DNA of 63,171 bases, filler included, from Rhabdomonas costata (Eukaryota): assembly GCA_019059605.1 (NCBI GenBank). It is 27 parts of 27 records of this genome, joined end to end, with 100 filler letters (N's around TTAATTAATTAA, not from the genome) between each part and the next. Parts side by side here need not be neighbours in the genome. Positions count along the whole stretch, not along the records: positions 35,165 to 37,408 come from JAHMHO010004588.1; positions 37,509 to 39,755 come from JAHMHO010004589.1; positions 39,856 to 42,098 come from JAHMHO010004590.1; positions 42,199 to 44,441 come from JAHMHO010004591.1; positions 44,542 to 46,781 come from JAHMHO010004592.1; positions 46,882 to 49,123 come from JAHMHO010004593.1; 21 more parts are not named here. One strand, given 5' to 3'. Each line of letters opens with the position of its first letter. Positions within the stretch are counted from its first letter, which is position 1. Positions 35,249 through 47,110 of the stretch are shown here, piece after piece. The position numbers and the translations under genes are program-made. The notes under the pieces are model-generated. The model worked only from the letters and a program-made list of their open reading frames with translations. It did no database searches and was not told where the DNA came from.

Positions 35249-37079
35249 GAGCACCAGATCTACGGCGGCAAGGAGGGGCAGCTGGGTCTCTCATTTGTGG
35301 AGTTTGTCGGCTGCTGCATCAGGGGACCCTTCCAAGACATGAAGTTTGAGAAACCTTCCGAGGTTTGTCACACCCTCGAGACCCTCTTATCCTTCGGATT
35401 CCCTCCAATGACGAAATCTCTCCTCCTGTCGTCCTCGCACACGTCCGCGCATGTATTTCTGTGCAATGCTAAGGCAATACAATGCAAAGGCCATCACGCG
35501 TGCCCATTGTTCTGTTCACCTCACCACCTCATCTTCACCATCGAAAGAAATGGGTGAGCACACCATTGGCAAGGACACTGTTATTCACAGAAACGTGCTC
35601 ACAGCGATATGCAAATGCTCCCAGTTTTTCACAGAGGAACCAGTTTGCCCTACTGCCTATTTCCAGAGCTCTGATGACAAGCGAGGTGTACTGCTCAACG
35701 ACTTGTTGCCATTGCCTCGGGAAAAGCAGCCCTATCACAGCAGTGATGCACACACTTACGCGCACCAAGCGCCAGCTCCAGTTTACTTTGATTCCATTGC
35801 ACCATTAACAAAGGTGGAGCAATATTTGCGGGAGGCCTCCGAGACCGTGGCGAAGGTGGTGGTCCGCCCCGAGGCTGGGCCCGAACCTCGAGGCCTTGCC
35901 GGCCTGCTGGGGGTGCGTGTTAACCCGCAGCGTTTGCTTCCTAAAGGAACTGCACCATCACTTATTGAAAAAAGCAAGGCATGACCGATGTAGCCGCTAG
36001 CATTGCTAATTCAGAATTTGTGGTGTTTCTGTCATGACACCACCTTAAATCCGGTAGCCTAAAGTTCTGTGGAAAAAACCACGTTGAATTCGTTGCACGT
36101 TATTGATTTGTTCGTAGGTGGTTCTTCTAGCCCTTCTTGCTGTTTTTCTGCATCCAATGAACTAACTTAACTATTATATTATAGCTATTCATGTTCACGG
36201 TCCCTGCTCCATGTTTTTGCGCATTTATCTTAGGGTCTATCTTGCAGCGGGGATTTATCGGTGGCTTTATATTGCCTGCGTCACCTGAGAATTTTGCTCA
36301 CTGTACATTAAAGTTTATGATTTCGGATTTCGGATTTACAGAGCAAAAAAAAGTGGTTTAAAGGCCACGCTTTTTCGCTGCCTAGCGGCTCAAAAGGGCC
36401 TTTTTCCATGCACGTTTTCGGCTGATAGTGCTTACTTTCGACCTGACGCGGAACATACTATTTGGGGAATTGTTAGAGTACCACTTATGCTCTTCAAGGG
36501 CCAGTGGCCACGTCAACTGTCCTTCCGAGAACCAGCACTTGGGTTTAGGAGTGGGACAAACAAAATTGGGTTCTTTGAGCTGGTGCCACTGTATTCAGAA
36601 TTGCCGCAGAGGTTGTACAAGGCCGGGAAGAGAGATGGTCTTCTACGATCTGTAGCTGACAGGAAAGCTTCACGACCCCACAGGATAGGCTTTGGGACTC
36701 GGTAATGGCTGGCTGATGGTAAGTGCATTTTCGGAATGCAGCTGACACCGTCATATCGTGTAACAGAAGGAAAAGCTGGCCTGGAATGAGAGATGGATGG
36801 GTGGGGTGAGAAAAGCCTTGAACTGTGCAACAACTCTTCCTTCAATTGGGTTAGAGCCGCGATAGGGGTTTCAGGTGGGATTGGTGGGTTGGGGGATTCA
36901 GGCTCGCCGTGGAGAGCTGGTTGTGCTCTTGGGGCTTACCGAGCATCTCAAGGGGCTGCTGGGGCGGGACGGCTCGGGAAAGCCCGGGAGCAGGGCCGTG
37001 GACAGCTGCGCAGAGCTTCTGGGGGAGGCAGTAACCCCAGCGGCGACTTCTCTCACGGGAGTCGAAACCACTTACACTC
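35249..37079 (+). CDS. Internal exons of an unknown protein with a possible degenerate EF-hand (35249-35362, 35814-35912, 36902-37079)
   Basis: EHQIYGGKEGQLGLSFVEFVGCCIRGPFQDMKFEKPSE|VEQYLREASETVAKVVVRPE...|ARRGELVVLLGLTEHLKGLL.... Phase-0 GT-AG introns. Confidence 0.55.
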
Positions 37080-37850
37080 GTGCGTACGCCTTCCCCATTT
37101 TCCTGCCCTCTCATCCTGCGTCTGGGCACATCCAAAACCCCACAATCGTGATCCATTGACAAATGCAAAAAAAAAAAACTCCCTCACAAATTCACGCATC
37201 TCAGCACACAGATTCGTGGATGCAGCTCCAAGGAAGACAGGGCTGGTGCACCCGGAAGTATATTGCCAAATGCTAGAGCTGAACCCACCAAAACAGCTTG
37301 GGGCCACATGTCCTACTTGCGTCTTCTGATCATAACCGGTTGTACCTATTTCTTTGTATCGTATGCATACACCCACAACACACATCTGTCAAAAAAATCA
37401 ACCACCACNNNNNNNNNNNNNNNNNNNNNNNNNNNNNNNNNNNNNNNNNNNNTTAATTAATTAANNNNNNNNNNNNNNNNNNNNNNNNNNNNNNNNNNNN
37501 NNNNNNNNGGGTGGGTTTCGTCATCACACGCGCACCATCATGTCCGCCGCCCGGAAAAGTCACACACTCAGCCGCACACAGCCGGGGATTTCATAAGTAC
37601 CACTGAAGATTCAAGAGACTTCAGCGCTGATTCGCTCACAGGGCTATTACTGTATTCTCTTTGTCAGAGGTCTTATATTACAGAAATTTGCGAAAGCCAA
37701 AAATGTTTAGCAGTGTTGAACGTTTCGCACTTCTGAACGATTAACGCCCCCCCCCTCCAAAAAAAACTACAATTGTCCGTTGCGGTGTGGGGATTTTTCG
37801 TGTTCGAGGAGAGTTTAGTTTGCCTCATACTTACCTATACTCCCTCACAG

Positions 37851-38596
37851 CGGGGCTGGAAGCCAACGTGGAGCTCTCGAAGTTGAACCAGTGGGCCCAG
37901 GACAACTCCCTGACCATTGGGAAGACCCCTTTGGTGGCCCTGCGCAAGGTCACGACGGGCCTCAACCCCAGTACGCGGGTGTTGGTGAAGGTGGAGGGCA
38001 GGAACCCTGCCTACTCCGTGAAGGTGTGTGAGGGGAGGGGAGGGGAGGGATGGCGCTTTCCCATCGTCCCTCAAGGTGCCCCCTGAATCCGAGAACATTT
38101 TGCCGCTCAGAAAGCGCCAGGCCTCCCTTCCACCAGAAGTTAGGGAAGAAGGAAGCCAAGAGAAGCTTCCTGTGGGGTATTCTTCTCCCTTGGCGTGGAC
38201 GAAGCACTCCCGAAATGCATCTGGTGGCGTCTTCCTCCTCTCTTCTGTTTCTTGGCTGTTTCCATAACCAAATCCTCCTCCTTGCACCCCACCCCAGTTC
38301 TGCGACAAAGCATCGCAATTGAAGTCACAGTAAAATGGCTCGCTCCCAACATGCGGCTATTCTGCCGGGACGTTTTTGGTGACTTTCGGCTTTGATAAAA
38401 CTAGTTTTACTGAAGAATATCAAGTTCTACGATGTGTGCGACAGTCCTCTAGATCACTTGCTTTAGCTTTTCGCTCCCCGTTGCCGTGAAGCCGGTGCAT
38501 TGCGGTACATATTGCTGCGATTGCTCCTGTATGGGATGGAATGGGATGGGATGAATACCAGAACAGTTAGTTGGTGGTTGGTTGAAGACTGCTGGT

Positions 38597-38633
<37 letters not shown>

Positions 38634-38984
38634 TGCTGAATAGTGCCGACTTGGCGCTGCCCTCGTGTGGGACGCCGAGCAGCGTGGACTTCTGAGGCCC
38701 GGGATCACTATCGTGGAGCCAACTTCGGGGTACGCTTGTGCTACTCACTTTCTTTTCCCACTGCACCTTACCGCACCTTACCGCATATCCGCAAACAAAG
38801 GCAAGGCTTGCAAAATCTCAGCTTCTTGACACCTCAACCACCAGACAGGGAGGCAATGAACACAAGCGTACTGGGTAAGAGACATTTGTGAGTTTTTTTT
38901 TGCAAACAAATGAGGGCCCATCATTGAGGTGGTTGGTCCCCTTCGGGTCTTTTGTTTTTTGTCACCAGGTCTGAGACGGTAGCC

Positions 38985-39022
<38 letters not shown>

Positions 39023-39631
39023 CGGCACAGACCACACTGGGAACCTCCCGTACTTTCCGGGAGTCTCTTTGTCTTGAGAGCAGAGAGGAGAAGCAAACAA
39101 GAACGATGCAAGCCTCAGCCTGGGGGAGGGGGGTGGAGCTCGCCCACAGAAAGTCCCAGAGAAAGACATTTGTGATACTGGAGGACCTAGGCAGCATGCA
39201 ACCTTGAACCTATTGATGCATGAAAGCGAAGACACTCCAAGAAACACTTGTCCTCAGTGATGCTTTTCCGGAAGCACTCGGGTTTCCTGGTTACTTGGGT
39301 CACTGGTCTGCAAACCCCAAAACTCAGCAACACCGGCATCGCCCTGGCCTTCGTCGCCGCGGCTCGGGGTTACCAGTGCATCCTGACCATCCCGGAGAGC
39401 ATGTCCATTGAGCGCCGGAAGGTCATGAAGGCCTTCGGGGCCAGCCTGGTGCTGACGGAGGCTGCGAAGGGGATGAAGGGGGCGATCGCGAAGGCCGAGG
39501 AGATTGTGGCGACGGACCCCGCTAAGCACTTCATGCCGATGCAGTTCAAGAACCCGGCGAACGTGACGGTGCACAAGCTGACGACGGGACCGGAGATCTG
39601 GGACTCGACGGGGGGCAACGTGGACGTGTTT
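37851..39631 (+). CDS. cysK: Cysteine synthase A / O-acetylserine (thiol)-lyase, partial. Exons 37851-38023, 38644-38729, 39328-~39631; possible first micro-exon 37540-37558
   Basis: [12 protein letters not shown]...[56 protein letters not shown]...[10 protein letters not shown]...[16 protein letters not shown]...QFKNPAN...TTGPEIW. PLP lysine (SVK) and TSGNT loop are intact. Confidence 0.95.
38598..39019. repeat. Intronic microsatellites: (GT)n about 38598-38632 and (GA)n about 38988-39019
   Basis: Visible dinucleotide runs in the cysK introns. Shorter (GT)n runs occur at about 21833 and 30979. Confidence 0.95.
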
Positions 39632-40216
39632 GTGAGGTTGGCTATTACCTTTTGAGTTTCGCGTGGCTCTGGGGGCTTTCGGGTGTATTGGGTTCCTGTT
39701 CGGTGCCACACTCCTTACCCTCACTGGTGTACTGCTGTGACCCGTTTCCCAAAAGNNNNNNNNNNNNNNNNNNNNNNNNNNNNNNNNNNNNNNNNNNNNT
39801 TAATTAATTAANNNNNNNNNNNNNNNNNNNNNNNNNNNNNNNNNNNNNNNNNNNNGGTTGTGGGGCAGATCCGCTCCATGCAGGCCGTCCACCCCGGCTG
39901 GGTCGAGCCACGTATTCTGAATGGAAGGTTGCCAACCGCGTTCAAAAAATGCACATTCGCGCACCCACTCAAATCAAACTTATCCAAAAAAAAAAAGCAA
40001 CTCGCTCGCATTTGGACGTATTTGTGGGCAAAACGAAAACCCAACTTGGTGCTGTGTGCCGTATGCACGCACGAATGCAGGCACTGGGGAGAAAGGGTTT
40101 TTACTGCTTGATTCTGCTTGATTTGGCTTTCGCACCCCATTTTCTCATAGAGAGCGTGAGAGAGGTCCGTGTGTACAACTGCGTTTCCTTGCTTTTTCCC
40201 ATGTGACCTCTCTCAG

Positions 40217-41868
40217 CTTGTGCGCGGCCACGGACGGCAGCACGACAGTCCACCTGGAGCTTAACTTTCTTGGTACTAGTGATAGGGAAGGCTGGGCTGG
40301 CTGGGTTGTGTGGGAGGCGTTTATCGCCGATGGGGCGATCCCCCTGGAGGAGGGGGACCCGCGACCAGGAGCTCCAGTGATGAACCCGCGGCTATTGGGA
40401 AAGGACAATGTGACTGTCCTGTGGTGGGAGATCCGAAGCCTCCCGGCCCAAGGGGAGGTTCTGGTCGCGGGTGTGCCCATGACTGTCAACATGACAGTCC
40501 CGTTTGGGGCCCCAATGGCGTACCAGCTGCTGGAGGAGGGCATCGCAAGGGCCCCGCTGTGCGGCTCGAAGTTTCAGGACAGCTTCTGGGTGCAGCTGTT
40601 TGCGGATGAGGGCGATGCCGGGCAGTCCCATGATAGCCCTCGGCCTGTATATGTTAATGGCCTGGTCTGCACGGATTGCCCCAGCCCCTACGTCCTCGAC
40701 TCTGGGCAGGTCTTTGACTTCTCATATGGAACCTCAACACAGATGTGGTCATATGATGATCACTTTGCCACACCGCCGTTATGGATTTCACGTGCCAAAC
40801 GGACAAGCGTATAAGGTGTCATCGTTAAGTTCAAGCAAAAACGGGATGACGACCAAATTTGAGTCACCCCACTCAGCCGCTGGTCTGTGCACAGAGATGA
40901 TGGCAACGCTCGATGCTAGTCGTTACACCACGTCGGTGGACTTTCTTGTTTATCACCGTTAATGTTCGACTAGTGTGGTGTTTGTGTATTTGACAAATCT
41001 TTTTTTTTGCAAGCAACAAGTGGCTATGCTCGATTTATGAAGGAGCCATCGCAATGGAAAAAATGGACAATAATTCACCCTCTCGCTTGCAAAGGCTTGT
41101 CAGGTCTTATTTCCTCCCGATAATGAAGGGGTACCACGAAATGGCGTCAGACCATATTTTCATCTCGTTTCGCCTGTTTTTGGCCCATTGTTGGCCCATT
41201 TTGCATGGTTTCCCTTCATTTTCGGGCATTTTCACCGAGAATTCGACCCCCCCCCCTCCCGCACCCGGATGGTCAATGTTGGATTGGAAACCATGATGGT
41301 AGTATGTCCCTCCCAGTCTTGCATTTTTTGGGGCCAGGGGAAGGGGGAACGAGATACAGAATTATTGTTTTTTATTTCGAGCTTTGTCAATTGTAGTGTG
41401 CTGTTCCGGGGTGGCATTTTTTTGCATGCGTCGCTGTCATCGCCTCTCTGTCTCTTTGTATTTTGATGTCGCCAGCGGTTTGGGATCTGATTTCCAATGC
41501 CACCCTTTACCCTCCCTTGTTTCGCGTAAACGCGCAGGGCACCTGTCAGCGCTGCCCTGGCCCCTTGGTGTACGATGACAGCAGCAACCCAGCGCGGTGT
41601 GTGGCGCCCGCGGCGTCGACGTGGTGGGTGGCGCTGGTGATCTCCCTGCCTTGCGTGCTGGCCGTGCTCACTGCGGTGGGGGTGCTGGGGTTTGCCTTGC
41701 ACCGCCGTGCCCAGCGGGCCAGGCTGCTGCATGCCGTGCCTCAGGGCTGGCTGTGCTACGTCTTCACGGACATCCAGAACTCCACCCACCTGTGGGAAAC
41801 GTACCCGCAGATGGGGCGGGTCCTGGACATCCACAACGAGGTGATGCGAGAGCAAATCAAGGAGCACG
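40217..41868 (+). CDS. Single-pass receptor-type adenylate cyclase (class III), partial. Exons 40217-40709, 41538-41868
   Basis: Ectodomain, Cys-rich CTDCPSPY...|GTCQRCPGP, TM WWVALVISLPCVLAVLTAVGVLGFAL, basic stop-transfer HRRAQR, then catalytic start CYVFTDIQNSTHLWETYPQMGRVLDIHNEVMREQI (FTDIxxSTxLW motif as in kinetoplastid cyclases). Confidence 0.9.
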
Positions 41869-42217
41869 GTACGGCCCACACCACACCACATGGCACAGCA
41901 GTGTCCCGCTGGAGCGTACCGTTCTCCTAAAACGGCATTGCCGCTACAACAAGCAACCCTAATCATGGTTCATTTTCCGCGTTGCCGTATTTCCGCACAC
42001 CTCTGGGATTATTTGGTTGAACAAACACAGACTTGCAGGTAACAATATTGGCCAACGTTTAAATGCGCCACACCCCCAACCCAACCACACCCACCACANN
42101 NNNNNNNNNNNNNNNNNNNNNNNNNNNNNNNNNNNNNNNNNNTTAATTAATTAANNNNNNNNNNNNNNNNNNNNNNNNNNNNNNNNNNNNNNNNNNNNTG
42201 TGGTGGTGACCCCGTAG

Positions 42218-44408
42218 CGAGTGGTGCGGAGGGAGTTCGGAGCGTCCGAGCCCCGGGCCTTCCGCGTCGACGGTCTCAACGCAGCCACTCGCTACGGGGT
42301 CACCATCCGTGCCCTGCAGGAGCACCACAGAGGTTTGTGTGCACTTTGCCTGCAATGCGTGGTGCAATGGCAATGCTTATGTGAAGCTTACGAGTTGCCA
42401 AGACGAATCTTGGAGTTTACAGAGAGTTGGAGGCCTTTCAAAGCAGTTTTTTGATGCCTCAATGAAGTTACAGAAGAACCTCCGCCCAGTAGTGGAAGTG
42501 TGACTTGCACCCGTGAAGCAGCCAGGAAGCACCCCCTGGAAGGGGAACCCCAGCCACAGCATATCCCTCGTGCATGCAGTGCGTCTGTGCATGGGACAAG
42601 GTAGGGACAAGGTGAACACGTGGTGAATGGGCTGGCAGCTTGCGACGCTTGCGTGTGTGTGTGTGGGGGGGGGGGGGGGGCGCTATGAGCCGTATGCTTG
42701 CGCCACGCCCAGGAGTGGTGGAGTACGGCGCGTGGTGCCCGAAGATGTACTTCCGCACTCTACCCGGAATCAAGCTGGAGGCCACTTCCATTGGCCAGGA
42801 CTACATCTCGGTATCCCCTGAACAAGGGGGCTTTTCCCTTCACCCCCGATATCCCGATATGCGGATGCCGGGGGGGCCAGGAGGTCATGTTTCGGAGAAA
42901 CGTCTGAAGTCACCCTTTACCTCTGAAACGTGTTCACGTGCTTGATGAGCAAGCAGCACTTCCAGTGAAAGGGGACCTGGGATTGGGAGAGTTTACATGC
43001 ACACACAGGGGCTTCAGATCTCTGTCTTCTCGTCACCCTAATCGCCTGCGTGTTCTCTCTTTTTTTTTCGGCGATAGACGTCAAAAAACATTTTCGTTGT
43101 ACGTTTTGCAGGGGATTTCGAGATTTTGAGGCAAGGGGATTCTCGCAAGCTCCGTGCCAGAAGTTGTTTGTAGCACACACGACAAGCAGATCTTTTTGGA
43201 GATTCGGGAAAAGGGGGGACGAGAGACAAAACAGAAATCTGTGGCAGAGGGGGAAACATGAAGTGGAACTGAAAGTTTGGAAGAGGGATACGAGATGAGT
43301 GTTGGCGACCGAACCCGAAATGCTGCACAGGTGCGGTGGCGGGGCGTGGATCGCTCGGGCAGCCTCTCTCCACGGGACTCCGGGAGGTCCTCCGTGCCCT
43401 CATCGCGGCCCTCGTCGTCGTCGTGGGTACGGCGGCCACAGTCCGCGGAGGCTGCGGAGTACGCCATGGCCCAAGTGGTGAAGTACCAAGTTTCTGTGAA
43501 GAGAGTACAGGCATGCCAATGTCCGGTCCTGCTGTGTGACCGTCGCGGAGATGGCGATAAGGCTCACAGTTTAAGGGACAACGATACGTGGGGCATTGCG
43601 GTCCACATTATTATGCTTCCTGCAGTAAGAGAGGGAAGAACTCGACAACAAATGACCAAATGGAATGCACCTAACGCCCGTCACAGCACGTGCAAAGCGG
43701 GCAGCGGGAGGTTCGCCTTGTCAGTGGGATTACGACCAAAAGAGGTCTGGTGAGAATATTAGAGAATCCGCAAGGCGCTTGCAATGAGCATTGCTAATAT
43801 GTGTATCCCCCACTCCGGTCATCAGTGGTCGGATGAACCCATGCCGACCACGAGCAAAACTGCAAGATGGCAACCCTCACTAAAGTTTCTGCTTAAGTTC
43901 GTTTTATTTGGATTGTGGTTGGACTCCGGCGTCGCGCCACTTTCCCTGCAATAGAAACAGAAGTCGCTTGGTGTTAACGGGTTGCAATATGGCTGGTGTC
44001 GGAGGGGTTGGCAGCAGTATTTACAGTCCATACGGGCCCGTTTCAAGGATACATTTAATATTCAGGTCGCTCCCAATGCCAGATGATCTCACTGATCATC
44101 AGCCCGCGCTGTCCGCGTGACGCATGCACACACGCACACGCACACAACAGTACCTCTCGCGAGCACCCGTGGTCAACAGTGCGTGCGCCCGTCAATCCAC
44201 AGTGGCCACCAACAACCAAGCAACCAGCCAACCAGCCCACAGCCAGCGCGCAATACGCCAACACACACACTCGCCCGTACAGCTGGAGGAGGATTCCCCT
44301 GACTCCCCGGAGCCCTTCGTGCCCTATGAGTGGCAGACTATGGTGGACGTCCGGGCCGACGCCCAGAAGGAGGGCAAGGACCAGGGCCTGTATTCCATCA
44401 CCTGTGGG
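42218..44408 (+). CDS. Fibronectin type III-like repeat protein, internal exons 42218-42332, 42713-42810, 43331-43489, 44283-44408
   Basis: FRVDGLNAATRYGVTIRALQ...|GVVEYGAWCPKMYFRTLPGIKLEATSIGQDYIS|VRW...VVKYQ|LEE.... FN3 motifs (GL..TRY.V.IRA, S|V.W, Y.L) span three phase-compatible GT-AG introns. Confidence 0.75.
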
Positions 44409-47110
44409 GTGTGCACTGCTCCAGCCACTCTCCCCACCCCCNNNNNNNNNNNNNNNNNNNNNNNNNNNNNNNNNNNNNNNNNNNNTTAATTAATTAANNN
44501 NNNNNNNNNNNNNNNNNNNNNNNNNNNNNNNNNNNNNNNNNTGTTGGGTGTCTGTGGACGAGTGATGATGGGAATTGTATGATGTTCGCAGCCCCTTCCT
44601 CCCTCACCACGTGCATCTGTGCTGTGCTGTGCTTTTGCTGTCCTTTCCCTGTTACGGGTCAAGAAGCCAAGCTGCTTCCCATATAGATAACGCAGCTATC
44701 AATGAATTGCGGTAGGGGCTGCGAACATCATACAATTCCCATCACTCGTCCACAGACACCGTAGGTCGTACGAGAAACTGATGGGCTTGTCTCTCTTTCC
44801 CGCACGCTCCTCACATAAGAGGTAACTGGCAACCTCTGCAACACCCGCAGCTGTGTCGTGGCTGTTTCGTGGCGAATAAAGGAGACAGGAGCATCCGGCG
44901 GGCCTTCCAGTTTCAGGACAAATGCTGCACACGGGTTGGGAATCCCATAGTTTTGGGGTAATTTTGGAATGAAGCTGCAGGTAAATCCTCAGTTTCAGGG
45001 GACGGAGCATTGCTAGCTGGTACCCACGTCACAAAACCCTTTTCTCCGTGCTTGCACTTTTTCTTTCCTTCCTTTCACTAATTTGGCATTTTTCTAAACA
45101 CGAATGCCACCGAAGTCACAGAGCAACCAATTCCACATGCACATACAACCCATGGATTGCTCAATTTTGGTCTTACCCTCTGTCAGGTTTTCCGACCAAC
45201 AAGGTTTTCAATTTAGCACTGTACATGGTGCCTCTTCTCTTCATCGCATGCACTGGTCTGCCGTTCTTGATTTCATCCTCCCTGGAACCTCGGGCAACGG
45301 TGCTTTGCGTGTATGGGCATGCCCTTGTGCCACTGAATCTCCCGTCGAGCCGAATAAATCTCAATAAACGTTCGTGTGCTGTGTCTGCAACACACCCACA
45401 CACACACCGCATTTGTGACATCACCGCGCTTATACCTTCGTACCGTTTCGACGGTTAGCAAGGTATCGCATTTCAGAACGTCCCTTAGGACATGGTGCTA
45501 ACTGGGGGGTTCGTTATAGCCATACTTTGCAGTGAGGCTGTGGCTACTGACGTTTATTTACTGCTGGCGACCTACAGGCCTAGTGTAAGCTCTACCCTTC
45601 TCCTAAGGGGAAAAGAAAACCTACAACACAATGAACCATCACCCAGGTCATGGATGCACTCAGCAAGAGATCCAGAGTAAAGGTGCAGGGAAAGGAAAGA
45701 CGTGCATTCGGAACGATAATGGGGGAAAACGCGAAACTTTTGGGAAAGGATTCAAAGCGCGCTGAGGCTACGCAAAGATGCACACGCAGCCCGGCAAAAC
45801 ACACTGCGGGCTTCACACCGTCTTCCCCTTTGTGCAGGCAATGCTCAGCGGAAACACGGCTGGCGCACTGGCCAGCCGAAGGCCCCATCGCCCCGCAGCC
45901 CTCATTGCAGTGGCGAAACGCTTTAAGAGTGCTTTCAGAGTAATAACAGCTGGAAAACTCACCGACAGAAGCCGACACGTATGCTGTGTGGTATGGACAA
46001 ATCACGGAAGTGTATTGTACACTCTCAACCTGCTCACATTGGTTTGCGTGAATGGTTCCATTTCCTCGAATATCATTCGTTCCATTGAACAACCAATGAA
46101 AAACACAGGAAATAACCAGAACAAAACAACTGGGCATGCCTCTCAGCACCACATTATGACAGATGTGATCATGCCTTAAATGGCAAATCTCACCGGATTA
46201 TGCTAGAGTAGGGCATGTTCTATGCGGTGGGCTGGTGAAACTAAAAACAGTCGGGTTTTGACGGGTTTTATTTGAATCGCACTTCTTGCTGTATAAAGAA
46301 AATCGACTCGGAAGTGGCTGCTCACAGAGGTATTCCCACTGCTTTGCTGCCAGCAACAAGACATTCCTCCTTGCCCTCCGTACAGTTCACCGCACAATTG
46401 TTCAAGGTACGCCCAAGGGAGAAGTACTGTGTGGCAGCATCGAAGCAAGCCCCCCTCCCCCCGAAAAAGTGCTCTTGGGCAAACAGAAACCCCGCACAGC
46501 CACCATACAAGCACGTTGACCTATAAAGACCTTCTCGTTCGATTTTACAAGCATGGGGAACCAGCACATCTGATGCTGATGCGCTGGGACTGAGTGGAAG
46601 AGAGGGTATGTAGAGAAGGTTCTACTTTCGCGACTCCGGCTCCAAAGAAAACAGGGAAAGTACAATGGTAAGAACGGCAGGCACAACCAACGAAGAGGAC
46701 CAAGAACACCTCACACAGATAGGAGAGCGGCGGCACCTCCTCAAAGGTAAGTAGGGGAGGGGAGGGGATCAACCCCAACCCNNNNNNNNNNNNNNNNNNN
46801 NNNNNNNNNNNNNNNNNNNNNNNNNTTAATTAATTAANNNNNNNNNNNNNNNNNNNNNNNNNNNNNNNNNNNNNNNNNNNNGTTTTTGGTTTATTTGGTT
46901 GGAGTTTGGGCAAGCCCACACTGCATCCCAAATGAGTCTTTTAGCAATGGATATTGACTGAGGCAAGCTCTTAAACAACACCTGTGGCCAAGAACTGAAC
47001 TGTTGCTGGGCTTTGGTGGACGAGTAGGACAAAATTACCGTAACCAGTGGCACCCCTCCCTCAGGATCCAAAACAACGCTGCATTCCCTCTCCTTGTTTT
47101 TGTCGCTCAG

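Noticed and set aside
37851-39631. cysK or the NRPS domain as bacterial contamination
   Set aside because: Both are split by phase-consistent GT-AG introns with the same donor style as host genes.
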